DNA from: an uncultured archaeon
Lineage (GTDB): Archaea; Iainarchaeota; Iainarchaeia; Iainarchaeales; CSSED10-239
Length of the DNA: 32,000 bases
Direction of reading: 5' to 3'
Assembly (NCBI GenBank): GCA_964496765.1
Contig: CAZCAP010000006.1
Coordinates: forward strand, 1 to 32,000
Positions 8,148 to 18,630 of this stretch are shown here, in pieces. The position numbers were made by a program, and so were the translations under genes. Within the stretch, counting starts at the first letter, position 1; each line of letters begins with the position of its first letter. The notes below the pieces were generated by a model, which was given only the letters and a program-made list of their open reading frames with translations, had not been told where the DNA came from and ran no database searches.

Positions 8148-11118
8148 CTCGGACTATTAGTATTAGTAGACTTAATCTCTCGTCGAAACTAGAAACTTAC
8201 ATCACTAACCTATCAAACCGGTCTTCTTCCGGAGTCCTTGTCTTCTCTTTCGAGAAGAATGGCTGTCTCGTTTTAGGGACCGCTTCGTTCTTAGATGCTT
8301 TCAGAACTTATCGGCAACAGCGTGGCTACTGGACAGTGCCTTGTCAGACAATCCATAGACTAGAGACTGCGACACCTCGTTCCTCTCGTACTAAAGGAAT
8401 CTTCCCCTCAGACAACCTGCACAACCAAAAGATAGGAACCAAACTGACTCGCATCGTTCTTAACCCAACTAATGTACGGCTTTAATGAGTGAACACCTCC
8501 ACCCTTGGCTACTTGTGCACAGCCAGGATGCCGTAAGCCGACAGCGAGGTAGCAAACCGCGGGGTCGATGTGAACTCTTACCCGCGACAACCCAGTTACC
8601 CCCAGGGTAAGTTCACTGTCAGACTAGGCCCCCATAAATAGGGACACTAGCGTTCGCTAAACCCAAGTTTCCTTCCAACGTTCCGTGCTTTTAGGAACAT
8701 TGTTAAGCCTGCTTTTGGTTTTGTCCTCTACGACTGATTTCTGACCAGTCTGAGCAGACCTTTGGACACCCCTGATATCCTTTCAGGGGTGTACCGCCCC
8801 AGTCCAACCACCAAATCAAATGCTGTCCGTCTCCAAGAGACGTAAGATGTATTTTTCCCACTAGATGGTGTTACATTGGTGTCTATCTACTCCCTAGCGA
8901 AAGTAGCTTAAGCGACTCCCATCTACGCTCTATAGCAAGAATAATACAACAACATCAGACTGTGGTAAACCTCCGTGGGGTCTTATCCTCCCTTTGGTTG
9001 TCCGTGGCGTATTCACCACGAGTGCACGTTCACTAGGTCCAAACCAGGGACAGTGACGATCTCGTTACTTCCTTGATGCAAGCCGACATTTAATCGGCAA
9101 GGTATTACGCTACCATGAGAGCCTCAGAGTTAGGCCCGCTCTTTACCAGCGCTTAGATCAGTTGGAACTGATGTTCACGTACTAGCAGTGAGCAGAAGTC
9201 AGTGACTATACACACCGTTTCCGGCTAGCAGTCACCTGTGTTTTTGTTAAACAGTCGGACCATCTTTGTAATTAAAACTTACAGTTTACATAACCGTAAG
9301 CACCCCTTGTACCGAAGATACAGGGCTAATTTGCCGAATTCCCTTGGTTTGGTTCTCCTATTACGCCTAAGCCTACTCAGCTAGGGACACCTTTCTCAGT
9401 TCTTGGTACGAGCAATAAAACACTGTATAGTTTTCTTTTCATGGGCCCTTGACGACAATGAAAGGTTTCCCCCATTCGTACATTAATCTCTTTCTCATTA
9501 TTACAATTCTCCAGAGATTTGTGGCACTTAGATATGAAGACTTTCATACTCCACCTTGCCAAAAGCGTTAAAAACTATACTTGCGTTGCCACACGTGCAT
9601 TATTGGTACAGGAATATGAACCTGTTTCCCTTTCAGATGTTTTCGAGTTACGAAGATCTTTAGGATCGACTTACCCTTAGCTAAAAATTAGTGCTAAGGA
9701 ACCCTTGCCCTTTCGGCGGAAATGATTCTCACATTTCTTTGATGTTACTGACACGAGGATCCATATCTTTGACAGATCCAGTAGACGTTACCGCCTACCT
9801 TCTGCTCTATCAAAGCACCTATCTACCAGATCACAGATTATCTGTGCTCTACGATTTCGGCAACTAGTTTAGCCCCGTTAATTTTCAGGGCAAAATACCA
9901 TAGATTGGTGAGCTATTACGCACTCTTTAAAGGATGGCTGCTTCTAAGCCAACCTCCCAATTGTATTTGGTAAATCACTCCTTTCAAGTTCACACTTAAC
10001 TAGTATTTAAGGGCCTTAATCGTAGTTCGGGTTTTTTCCCTTTTGGAATAGAGGCTTATCCCCCACCCCCTGCTCCGGCCTTCTAAGAAGAATAACAGAT
10101 TCGGAGTTTGACAAGGAAGGTAAGAATTTCTCCCCAGTACTTCCTAATCAGTATCTCTACCCCGTTATCATTCTCCAGCCAGGCTAACCTAAGAGTTATT
10201 TTGATAGGAGCCCGCTATCAGCAGGTTAGATAACCTTATCAGTCCTACACTCAAATCACACAAACAGTTAGACTGGAACTGCTGCTGGCCTCCACCAACC
10301 AGACGGTCGGTTTCACCATGTTCAAGCGTTTATCACCTGCTTTCGGGTCTTGTTCATATGACTAAAAGGCACATTAACACCTCTTGCCTGGAAATTTTGC
10401 GCAAAATCGGTTTCCCTATGACACAGTGACTTCATCACTTAATCTTGCCACATAAACAAACTCCCTCGCCCGTGCTTCTTGACGGACAGTATGACATTGA
10501 TCAAACAGAACACGCTTATGCTGTTACCAACACTCACTTATTGTCTGTCTTCATTCCTTTCATGCCATACCCGAACTGTTGCTAATTAGTTTCAAGTGCT
10601 TTTAACCCCCCGCTAGGGGTACTTTTCAACATTCCTTCGCAGTACTCGTTTACTATCGGTCTTGTAATATATTTAGAATTAGCAGTAAATGTCTGCTGTA
10701 TTCCTACGCGATATCCGACGCGCAGTACTCTCGAACAGTAGCAATCATCTATTGTCACCTTATTTCTACGGGACCATCACCCTCTATGGTATATCTTTCC
10801 AGATAACTTCGATTTGAGTGCACTAGATGTAACTACCTCTTAACACCACATGTCTCATATATTACTATATGAGATTCGGTTTGTTCTTCACTGCTTTCGG
10901 TCGACCCTATTTACAGTATCACTATTGTTTTCTTTTCCTCTAGGTACTAAGATGCTTCAATTCCCTAGGTTACCCTCCAACCTCCTTTATGAGATTGGAT
11001 AATTCAAGAATCTTGGGATCAAAGGCTGCATGCGCCTACCCCAAGCTTATCGCAGCTTGCCACGCTCTTACTCGGTTTACAAGCCAAGTTATCCACTAAT
11101 TAGCTTAATTGAAATCAA
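8141..11118 (-). rRNA. 23S ribosomal RNA (ends approximate)
   Basis: Reverse complement carries universal LSU elements: 5' AGTGGATAACTTGGCTTG, sarcin-ricin AGTACGAGAGGAAC (about 8384-8398), GGGTTAAGAACG, A-loop GGTGTTCACTC (about 8490), 3' TAATAGTCCGAGG. Length is about 2.98 kb with no obvious intron. Confidence 0.97.
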
Positions 11119-11183
11119 AGAAAATGCAAGAATTCTTATATTTGACGTATATATAGAACATGCATTACAACTACAAATATCAC
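11111..11183 (-). promoter_or_regulatory. 5' half of pre-23S processing stem
   Basis: 11164-11183 ATTACAACTACAAATATCAC complements 8067-8086 over 20 of 20 nt, then an irregular interior and a second helix. Confidence 0.85.
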
Positions 11184-11531
11184 AACTTCTTTCATCCTGT
11201 TTTAAGATAGTCAAAAAATGTTTGATATTAAAAAACAGTCAAAACCGCCTAATTACCTTACGGCCTGAAAAAACTCAGCGCGGTAATATAATACTGGAGT
11301 AGGAATGTTTAAAAAGGTATCTGCTGTTTCCCTCATAGATTTTTAGAGATTAATTAAAAGGAGCCTTATTAAACCTTTTTTTTAAATTTAAATAAATTTA
11401 AACCGTCTATATCAAACTAAATCCCAAAATTAACCTTTAAATATCTAATATAACTTATTAAAGATATATAATAAAATTATTAAAAATTTAAATAGTAAAC
11501 CCAGAGTTGTTTATCATAATATATTTTTGAT

Positions 11532-11954
11532 TTAAACTGCTCTAACAAACTTACATTCCTGATTAACTTCAACAAAATGCTTAACTTCTCCAGTTATACA
11601 ACTTTGACATTGATTCTGTTCCTTATTATCAATTAACTTAACTCTTGGATTATGAACAACATCACAGGCCCACCCTTCTACAATCTCATCAGATAAACAA
11701 GGACCTTCTGAAAGTATTGTTCCTTTACTTTGTTCTTTAATACATAAATTAACACAATCAATGCTTGCTACTTCTTTATTAGCCATTAGATCATCAGGTA
11801 AAGACATATAATAACTATAAACTCCAGCTAAAATGATTAGGATTGCAACAAAAATATACGCAGAAATAGGAATCTTTCTTTTTGGTTTTTTATTTGGGTC
11901 TAAATCTTCTTGCAAAGCACACCATCTCTTTTGATTTTTAACTAATATATACAA
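11532..11954 (-). CDS. Small membrane-anchored Cys-rich extracytoplasmic protein
   Basis: TM segment ISAYIFVAILIILAGVYSYYM followed by paired Cys (CVNLC, CLSDEIVEGWAC, CQSC, C). Confidence 0.6.
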   Translation of the reverse strand: MYILVKNQKRWCALQEDLDPNKKPKRKIPISAYIFVAILIILAGVYSYYMSLPDDLMANKEVASIDCVNLCIKEQSKGTILSEGPCLSDEIVEGWACDVVHNPRVKLIDNKEQNQCQSCITGEVKHFVEVNQECKFVRAV

Positions 11955-11997
11955 AGATAAGATATTTAAATAGATTTTATTATATAATTAAGTAACT

Positions 11998-12819
11998 ATG
12001 ATTAAAAAAGTATCATTTATTATTGGATTAATTATATTTCTATACAGTATAATTACAGCAATTTTCTTTAATAATAATAGATTCTATGTATTCTTTTGCT
12101 TAGGATATTTACTTATATTAGATTACATAAACTATAAAACCCAAAAAAAATCCATACTAGAAGAATTAATTAAGTCTAAAAATAAGATTTATTATTTCCT
12201 TGCTGGTTCTCTATTGTTTGCATTTGCTGTAGATTATCTCTATGGAGTACTATTGTTCAATATTTGGATATGGAAGTATTATACAACCTTTAATTATATA
12301 ATTTTATATACTTTAATTAATTTCTTTTTCATACTTATCTGCTATGAATTATTTGTTTTTGTAAAATACAAGCTAAAGAAAAAGATTAGGGGAAAAAAAA
12401 TTAAACTAACCTACTATAAAAAAAATAAAATTCAAAACAAACTATGGTTATTTGGGATATTATTTTTAGTATTACCTTATTTTTATTTCGTGAATATAAG
12501 TAAAGGAACAGGAATAGTAATGGTTTTACCATTCATAGCCATATTACTATTATCGGATTTATTTTTATCTAAATATCAAACCCCCTATATTCTTAGAATA
12601 TTTAAAGATAAATTAACAATATTTACAACACTTATAACTACAATAATCTTGTTTATTACACATGAATTAATAAATATATTTGGAAGGGAATGGGGTTATC
12701 TTAATTTACCCTTTAGACTTTTTTCAATTTATGGAGTTCCAATAAGTGCATTCCTTGGATGGATACTATTAGTTCTATTTTGTGTATCTTTTGTTTCTTG
12801 GATTTTTGAGATTAAATAA
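11998..12819 (+). CDS. Polytopic membrane protein
   Basis: 273-aa ORF with many hydrophobic segments. Confidence 0.65.
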   Translation: MIKKVSFIIGLIIFLYSIITAIFFNNNRFYVFFCLGYLLILDYINYKTQKKSILEELIKSKNKIYYFLAGSLLFAFAVDYLYGVLLFNIWIWKYYTTFNYIILYTLINFFFILICYELFVFVKYKLKKKIRGKKIKLTYYKKNKIQNKLWLFGILFLVLPYFYFVNISKGTGIVMVLPFIAILLLSDLFLSKYQTPYILRIFKDKLTIFTTLITTIILFITHELINIFGREWGYLNLPFRLFSIYGVPISAFLGWILLVLFCVSFVSWIFEIK

Positions 12820-12876
12820 AATAGTTTGCTTTTATATTCCTTTCTTGACATAAATATATCTAGAAAAGTGATATTT

Positions 12877-14076
12877 ATGTTAGTTGGAATTGTGGGTAAA
12901 CCTAACGTTGGTAAAACAACCTTCTTTAAAGCTTTAACAATGATGGATGCTCAAGCAGCAAACTATCCATTTACAACAATAGACCCAAACAAAGGTGTTG
13001 GATTTGTTAGAAATAATTGTATAGATTCTCTTTTTAATACGCAATGCAATCCAAGAACAGGCTTTTGTAAAAATCATATTAGATACCTATCTGTTGATGT
13101 TATTGATGTTGCTGGACTAGTTCCTGGTGCAAGTGAAGGAAGAGGATTAGGTAATAAATTCTTAACAGACCTAAATCAAGCAGATGCTCTTATTCAGGTA
13201 ATTGATATTTCTGGTGGAACTGATGAAGAAGGAAGAAGTGTAAAGGCTGGATCCTATGATCCTTCTCTTGAAATTAAATTTCTTCTAACTGAGATTGAAC
13301 AATGGTTATATGGCATATTCAAGAAAAACTTCGAAAAGCTTGGAAGAGAGCAAAAAATGAGAAAAACAAAAACAGTAACTACTCTTATGTCATTTATGAA
13401 TGCAACCCTTGGAACCAAGGAAGAAGATCTAGAAGAAATATTAATTAAGCTTAAACTAAAAGATAAAGAAATAATTGATTGGACAGAAGAAGAACTAATG
13501 ATGTTCACAAGAACAATAAGAGAAAGATCAAAACCAATTATTATTGCTGCAAACAAGATTGATGTTCCTGGAGCAAAAGACATTTATGAAAGAGTTAAGA
13601 AAGAGTTTCCTAACACCACAATCATTCCCTGCTCTGCTGAATCTGAATATGCACTAAAGGCAGCAGATAAGGCACATGTCATTGATTATCTTCCAGGAGC
13701 TAAATCATTTAAGCTATTAAAGGAAGATCTTTCAGATAAGCAAAAGAATGCTCTTGAATTTATACAAAAAAATATTCTTGATGTTTATGAAGAAACTGGA
13801 GTTCAGAGTGTAATTGATAAGATTGTGTTTGATGTATTAAAATATATTGCAATATATCCAGGAGGAACAAAGGGATTAGGAGATAAGGAAGGAAATATTC
13901 TTCCTGATTGTTTTCTAATGCCTCCAGGAACCAAGGCAATTGATTTTGCTTACAAGCTTCACACTGACTTTGGAAAAAACTTCATAAAAGCAATAGATGT
14001 TAAAACAAAAATGCTTCTTGGAAAAGATCATCCATTAAAAAACAATGATTGCATAGAAATAGTTGCTGGAAAATAA
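12877..14076 (+). CDS. YchF/OLA1-type TRAFAC GTPase with C-terminal TGS domain
   Basis: Start at MLVGIVGKPNVGKTTFFKALT (G1), DVAGLVPGASEGRGLGNKFL (G3), ANKIDVPG (G4), C-terminal GGTKGLGDKEGNILPDCFLMPPGTKAIDFAYKLHTDFGKNFIKAID (TGS). Confidence 0.92.
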   Translation: MLVGIVGKPNVGKTTFFKALTMMDAQAANYPFTTIDPNKGVGFVRNNCIDSLFNTQCNPRTGFCKNHIRYLSVDVIDVAGLVPGASEGRGLGNKFLTDLNQADALIQVIDISGGTDEEGRSVKAGSYDPSLEIKFLLTEIEQWLYGIFKKNFEKLGREQKMRKTKTVTTLMSFMNATLGTKEEDLEEILIKLKLKDKEIIDWTEEELMMFTRTIRERSKPIIIAANKIDVPGAKDIYERVKKEFPNTTIIPCSAESEYALKAADKAHVIDYLPGAKSFKLLKEDLSDKQKNALEFIQKNILDVYEETGVQSVIDKIVFDVLKYIAIYPGGTKGLGDKEGNILPDCFLMPPGTKAIDFAYKLHTDFGKNFIKAIDVKTKMLLGKDHPLKNNDCIEIVAGK

Positions 14077-14084
14077 AGAGAATT

Positions 14085-14729
14085 ATGAAACAAGTCTATT
14101 TTGTTAAATCACTGGAAGATGATTTTGCTACTAAAACAGTTATTGGTAAGAAAAAAGTTAATTGCCAAACTATTGATAATATTATTAAAATCAACACCAT
14201 TATTCCAAACACACTAAGCTTTGGAAGAATAAAAAGACTTGCATGTACTCTTCTTGACAAAAACTATACAAAGACCTATCGTTCTCAAGGAATTATATTT
14301 CAAACAAAGCAAACCCCTAATTACATTGCTCCTTTTGATATAATATTATTAACAAATGCAAACAATATTGTAGTTCAATATTATAGAATACAGAATAATC
14401 TACATATTTATTATAATCATAACCTGATAAAAGGTGCTGAAAAATTTATATTTAAAGACTTTACAAAAATGATTAAAAAACATAAAACACCAACAGATAC
14501 ATGGAAACAAATAAACAAATTCAGAAAAAAAAATGGATTTAAGGAACTTTCAAAATCCAAATTTAAACTTGTAGAATATAATGAAGCAATATTTCAAATG
14601 AAGGTTAAGATTAAGCCTATTGCTATTTTTGGATATAAACAAATTGCAAAAGATGTGGCTATAAAGCATCATCTCCCACATTATAAGTCCGCAAAGCTGT
14701 TTTATGAAAAAATAGTTGCTGGAAAATAA
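14085..14729 (+). CDS. Conserved-looking hypothetical protein
   Basis: ORF from MKQVYFVKSL. The longer 14049 start overlaps the upstream gene. Confidence 0.55.
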   Translation: MKQVYFVKSLEDDFATKTVIGKKKVNCQTIDNIIKINTIIPNTLSFGRIKRLACTLLDKNYTKTYRSQGIIFQTKQTPNYIAPFDIILLTNANNIVVQYYRIQNNLHIYYNHNLIKGAEKFIFKDFTKMIKKHKTPTDTWKQINKFRKKNGFKELSKSKFKLVEYNEAIFQMKVKIKPIAIFGYKQIAKDVAIKHHLPHYKSAKLFYEKIVAGK

Positions 14730-14739
14730 GCAACCATTT

Positions 14740-16941
14740 TTACAATTTTTTTCTTTTTAGAAGTAATGAGTTTGTTACAACACTCACACTGCTTAAGGCC
14801 ATTGCTCCTCCTGCAATTATTGGAGAAAGAAGCCAACCTGTTGATAAATAAAGAACTCCTGCAGCAACTGGTATTCCAATTACGTTATAGAAAAGAGCCC
14901 AGAACATATTTTGTTTGATCTTTCTCATTGTTTGTTTTGATAACCTAATTGCTTTTGGAACATCCTGCAAATCACTTTTCATTAGAACAATGTTTCCTGT
15001 TTCCATTGCAACATCTGTTCCTGAACCCATTGCTATTCCAATGTCTGCCTGGGCAAGTGCTGGAGAATCATTTATTCCATCTCCAACCATTCCAACCTTG
15101 TACTTTCCATTCTCCTGGAGCTTCTTAACATAGCTTGCTTTGTCTTCAGGAAGAACTTCAGAAAACACATTATCAATTCCAACCTGCTTTGCAATAGCAT
15201 TTGCAGTTCTCTTGTTATCCCCAGTAATCATGTATGTAATTATTCCTAATTTCTTAAGCTCGCTAACTGCTTTTGGAGATGATTTTTTAATTACATCTGC
15301 AACTCCAATAATTCCAAGAACTTTTTTTTCATCACTTAGCATCATCACTGTCTTTCCTTTGGTTTCAAGCTCCTGCATTTTTTCTAAAAACATTTTGTGT
15401 GGTATATTCTTCTGTGTCATAAGCTTGGTGTTCCCAAAGTAATAGGTTTTACTATTTAATTTTGCAGTTATTCCATAACCTGATATTGCTTTAAAGTTTG
15501 TTGTATTTTTAAAACTTATTTTTTTCTCTTTTCCATAATTAACAATTGCTTCTGCAAGAGGATGCTCTGAATATTTTTCAATGCTTGCTGCAATTTCTAA
15601 AAATTGATTGTTTGTTATTCCTTTACTTGTAAGAATATCAGTAACAACTGGTTTACCTATGGTTATTGTCCCAGTTTTATCAAATATCATGTACTTTAAT
15701 TTATGCGCAGTTTCTAGGGCATCTCCACCCTTGATTAGTATGCCATTTTCTGCACCCTTACCTGTTCCAACCATTATTGCTGTGGGGGTAGCAAGCCCTA
15801 AAGCGCAGGGGCATGCAATAACAAGAACACCAACTGCAATTAGTATAGAGAACGCAAGGGTTTCACCCATCAATATATACCAAATAAGACCAGACACCAA
15901 AGCAATCCCAATCACAATGGGAACAAAATAGGATGAAACATTATCTGCAAACCTTTGAATTGGGGCTTTCTTTCCTTGTGCATCCTCAACAAGCTTAATT
16001 ATGTGTGCAAGAGTTGTATCTTTTCCAACTTTTGTTGCTTTAATTTTTAAACTTCCATGCTTATTAATGGTTGCACCAATAACAAAGTCTCCTTTCTTTT
16101 TTTCTAGAGGTATACTTTCTCCTGTTATCATGCTTTCATCAATGGATGAAATTCCTTCTATAATTATTCCATCAACTGGTATTTTTTCTCCTGGTTTAAC
16201 TAAAAAGACATCTCCAACCCTTAGATCCTCAACAGAAACAATTATCTCTTTATTGTTTTTAATTACAATAGCAGTCTTTGGAGACAAATTAATTAATTTT
16301 TTAATTGCATCACTTGTTCTGCCTTTTGCAATTGCTTCAAGAAGCTTTCCTAGCAACACAAGAGTAATTAATATTATTGATATTTCAAAATATTGCATAC
16401 TCCCTGGATTAAATAAAACATTGTACACACTTAATAGGTAGGCTGATAGGGTTCCAATGGATACAAGAGTATCCATGTTTGCACTTTTATTTTTAAGTGC
16501 ACCCCAGGCACCTCTATAGAATCCCCAACCAGCAATAAATTGAACTGGAGTGGCTAGTAGAAATAAAATATAATCCATGTATGGAACTTCTATGGAGAAC
16601 CATCCTAGAAACATCATAGCTAGAGTTGGGATTGCAAACATTAGAGAAAACATAAATAATTTTTTAAGCTTATTAAAATCTCTCTTTTTTTCTTCTTTTA
16701 GTTTATTTGTATCCTGATCCTGATTAATTAATTTCGCACCATATCCTCTTCCCTCTATTGTTTTTATAATATCTAATGGAACAATTATTTGTTCATCATA
16801 GGTTATGGTTGCTTTTTCTGTAGTTAAATTTACATTTGATGAAAGAACGCCTTCTTTTTTATTTAGTCCGTTTTCTATTATTGTTGCACAGCTCGCACAA
16901 TGCATTCCTTTAATTGATATATTAATCTCTTTTTTGTTCAT
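14740..16941 (-). CDS. copA: Cu+-translocating P-type ATPase with N-terminal HMA domain
   Basis: GMHCASC metal-binding domain, CPC motif ([17 protein letters not shown]), DKTGTIT phosphorylation site, [16 protein letters not shown]. Confidence 0.97.
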   Translation of the reverse strand: MNKKEINISIKGMHCASCATIIENGLNKKEGVLSSNVNLTTEKATITYDEQIIVPLDIIKTIEGRGYGAKLINQDQDTNKLKEEKKRDFNKLKKLFMFSLMFAIPTLAMMFLGWFSIEVPYMDYILFLLATPVQFIAGWGFYRGAWGALKNKSANMDTLVSIGTLSAYLLSVYNVLFNPGSMQYFEISIILITLVLLGKLLEAIAKGRTSDAIKKLINLSPKTAIVIKNNKEIIVSVEDLRVGDVFLVKPGEKIPVDGIIIEGISSIDESMITGESIPLEKKKGDFVIGATINKHGSLKIKATKVGKDTTLAHIIKLVEDAQGKKAPIQRFADNVSSYFVPIVIGIALVSGLIWYILMGETLAFSILIAVGVLVIACPCALGLATPTAIMVGTGKGAENGILIKGGDALETAHKLKYMIFDKTGTITIGKPVVTDILTSKGITNNQFLEIAASIEKYSEHPLAEAIVNYGKEKKISFKNTTNFKAISGYGITAKLNSKTYYFGNTKLMTQKNIPHKMFLEKMQELETKGKTVMMLSDEKKVLGIIGVADVIKKSSPKAVSELKKLGIITYMITGDNKRTANAIAKQVGIDNVFSEVLPEDKASYVKKLQENGKYKVGMVGDGINDSPALAQADIGIAMGSGTDVAMETGNIVLMKSDLQDVPKAIRLSKQTMRKIKQNMFWALFYNVIGIPVAAGVLYLSTGWLLSPIIAGGAMALSSVSVVTNSLLLKRKKL

Positions 16942-16999
16942 AAATTCCCTCTTTCATCATATTAGCATATTATTTTGTTTAATTAAAGATCAATTGATT

Positions 17000-17554
17000 T
17001 TATTGCCCACATCCACATCCTCCTGTTGATGGTGGACTTGTTTCTTTCGCATTTAAGATTGCTGCTTCTGTGATTGCATTTGTTACACCCTCAGAACTAA
17101 CTGAGAAGAAACCTCTTCCCATGTTCATTGAGCATGCAATTAGAAAGGTTCCTTCCTTATTAGGTGTAAACTCAATTATGTTATCTGTTGGAGTAACATA
17201 TTTTCTAACACCGAAATCTCCAATAACTACACTTCTCATACACCCATCAACAGTTTCAGTATCCACTGTGATTTTTACAGGAATACCCTTCTTCAATGTA
17301 TTTGGGGTAAGCACATATTCATAGTTTTCAAACCTCAAAATTGCTGTTTGTGTTTCTTGTTTTGCATTTAATTGACTAGTGTTTGATAAAGTTGTAGAAT
17401 TTGATAGAGTATTGGTTGTGTTTGTTGTACTATTGTTTGTGATTGTTTTTGATGGAGTAGTGAATGCATAGGCAGATATAATTCCAAAAACTACAATTAT
17501 TGCAATAACTACTAAACCCAAAACTAGAGTTCTTTTCTTTTCTTTTTTTTCCAT
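17000..17554 (-). CDS. Membrane-anchored cupredoxin-domain protein
   Basis: N-terminal TM; YVLTPNTLKKGIPVKITVDTETVDGCMRSVVI...FTPNKEGTFLIACSMNMGRGFFSV cupredoxin core; Cys-rich GGCGCGQ tail. Confidence 0.8.
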   Translation of the reverse strand: MEKKEKKRTLVLGLVVIAIIVVFGIISAYAFTTPSKTITNNSTTNTTNTLSNSTTLSNTSQLNAKQETQTAILRFENYEYVLTPNTLKKGIPVKITVDTETVDGCMRSVVIGDFGVRKYVTPTDNIIEFTPNKEGTFLIACSMNMGRGFFSVSSEGVTNAITEAAILNAKETSPPSTGGCGCGQ

Positions 17555-17596
17555 AGTTTATTTCTCCTTTTTAATTAATTATTCTTTTTTTATTTA

Positions 17597-18277
17597 TTAT
17601 GTAAAAAATATTGATTTTGGTAGAAACAAAATAATTGCACTTAAAATAAATGTAACAATTATTGTAACAAACATTACTGTTGAAATGTTTATTGGTGTTT
17701 TTTTATATGCTTCATGATTATCTTTAATTGCTTCTTCGTGGAACATGTATGACATCCCAACTAGGATAGCAACATTAATTATCATATAAATAGGCATGAA
17801 AAATTTTATGTGATCAGTAAACATCATAACTGTTATCATGGGGCCCATTGTTCCACCCATAATTCCAGACATCATTCCCTGAAGTGCACCCATTGTTGTT
17901 TTTGAGTGAAGACCTGACCAAAATCCAATTCCTACTCCTATTATGGTCCCCACCATGGCTCCAATAAAGAAACCATTGGTAATCCCAATAACTGCTCCAA
18001 TCATCATTCCTGCCTGCATTCCAAGTGTCATTCCAATCATCATTCCAGTCATACAATTGATTTTTACTTTGTATGCTAAAAAATGCCAGGTGCTACCAGT
18101 GAGAAATGCAATACTGATATTTAAATACAAGAACCAGAGAGCATATCTAATCATTATTCCTGTATTTTTTAAAAACACAAAATGAATCCCAATTTCAATT
18201 ATTGAGGCAACTATAAATGTTAGTAGGATAATCAATACAGCTCTTTTTTCGATTTCAAAATTATTGTTTTCGCTCAA
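17597..18277 (-). CDS. Met/Gly-rich polytopic membrane protein in copper cluster
   Basis: 226-aa ORF with repeated small-residue TM segments containing MTGMMIGMTLGMQAGMMIG, MGALQGMMSGIMGGTMGPM. Confidence 0.7.
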   Translation of the reverse strand: MSENNNFEIEKRAVLIILLTFIVASIIEIGIHFVFLKNTGIMIRYALWFLYLNISIAFLTGSTWHFLAYKVKINCMTGMMIGMTLGMQAGMMIGAVIGITNGFFIGAMVGTIIGVGIGFWSGLHSKTTMGALQGMMSGIMGGTMGPMITVMMFTDHIKFFMPIYMIINVAILVGMSYMFHEEAIKDNHEAYKKTPINISTVMFVTIIVTFILSAIILFLPKSIFFT

Positions 18278-18279
18278 AT

Positions 18280-18513
18280 TTATTTCACCCTATAACCTTT
18301 GTCTCTTATAATCTCTTTTATTTTAAGTTCATTAATTTTATTTTCATCAAATGATATTTTCACAATTCCATTAGCTGAAGACACATTAACCTCAGAGACT
18401 CCATTCTTTTCAAGAAGTCCTTCTTTAATTAAATACTCACAGCTTTTACAATGCATTCCTTTCACATCAAACTCTACATCCATTTTAATCACCTTTTTTT
18501 TATAACTAATCAA
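18280..18513 (-). CDS. HMA-domain metallochaperone (CopZ-like); start may be internal at MDVEFDVKGMHC
   Basis: VKGMHCKSCEYLIKEGLLEKNGVSEVNVSSANGIVKISFDENK: classic HMA MxCxxC fold. Confidence 0.88.
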   Translation of the reverse strand: MISYKKKVIKMDVEFDVKGMHCKSCEYLIKEGLLEKNGVSEVNVSSANGIVKISFDENKINELKIKEIIRDKGYRVK

Positions 18514-18540
18514 TTAATTCCTAGTAGGCTTAATCAGAAA

Positions 18541-18573
18541 CCGCTTATATAGGTACTTGTGAAACTAGTTTCA
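18541..18573 (-). promoter_or_regulatory. Promoter/operator upstream of copper cluster
   Basis: 14-bp perfect palindrome TGAAACTAGTTTCA at 18560-18573, immediately upstream (minus sense) of TATA-like CCTATATAAGCGG (18541-18553). Confidence 0.6.
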
Positions 18574-18630
18574 TGAATAGATTAGAATAGGATGTGTAAA
18601 ATTAGGTGAAATAAAGAAAAAAAATAAATA

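Noticed and set aside
8408-9562. Short ORFs 8408..8590 and 9377..9562
   Set aside because: They lie wholly within the 23S rRNA gene and have no protein-like features.
11240-11300. ATTACC ... GGTAAT inverted repeat upstream of 23S, considered as H/ACA RNA or promoter element
   Set aside because: 6-bp stem with a long loop and no convincing ACA box or pseudouridylation pocket by eye.
11030-11302. ORF 11030..11302 (+)
   Set aside because: It overlaps the 23S 5' end and the processing stem on the opposite strand; composition reflects the rRNA.
16942-16999. ATGATGA on the minus strand between the cupredoxin and copA genes, considered as a second C/D sRNA
   Set aside because: No D box (CTGA), D' or C' partner at the required spacing, and the ribosome-binding/start region of copA follows directly.
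14915-18505. Numerous antisense ORFs opposite copA, the cupredoxin, the Met/Gly-rich membrane protein and CopZ-like genes
   Set aside because: They mirror long well-supported genes and show no motifs of their own; typical shadow ORFs.
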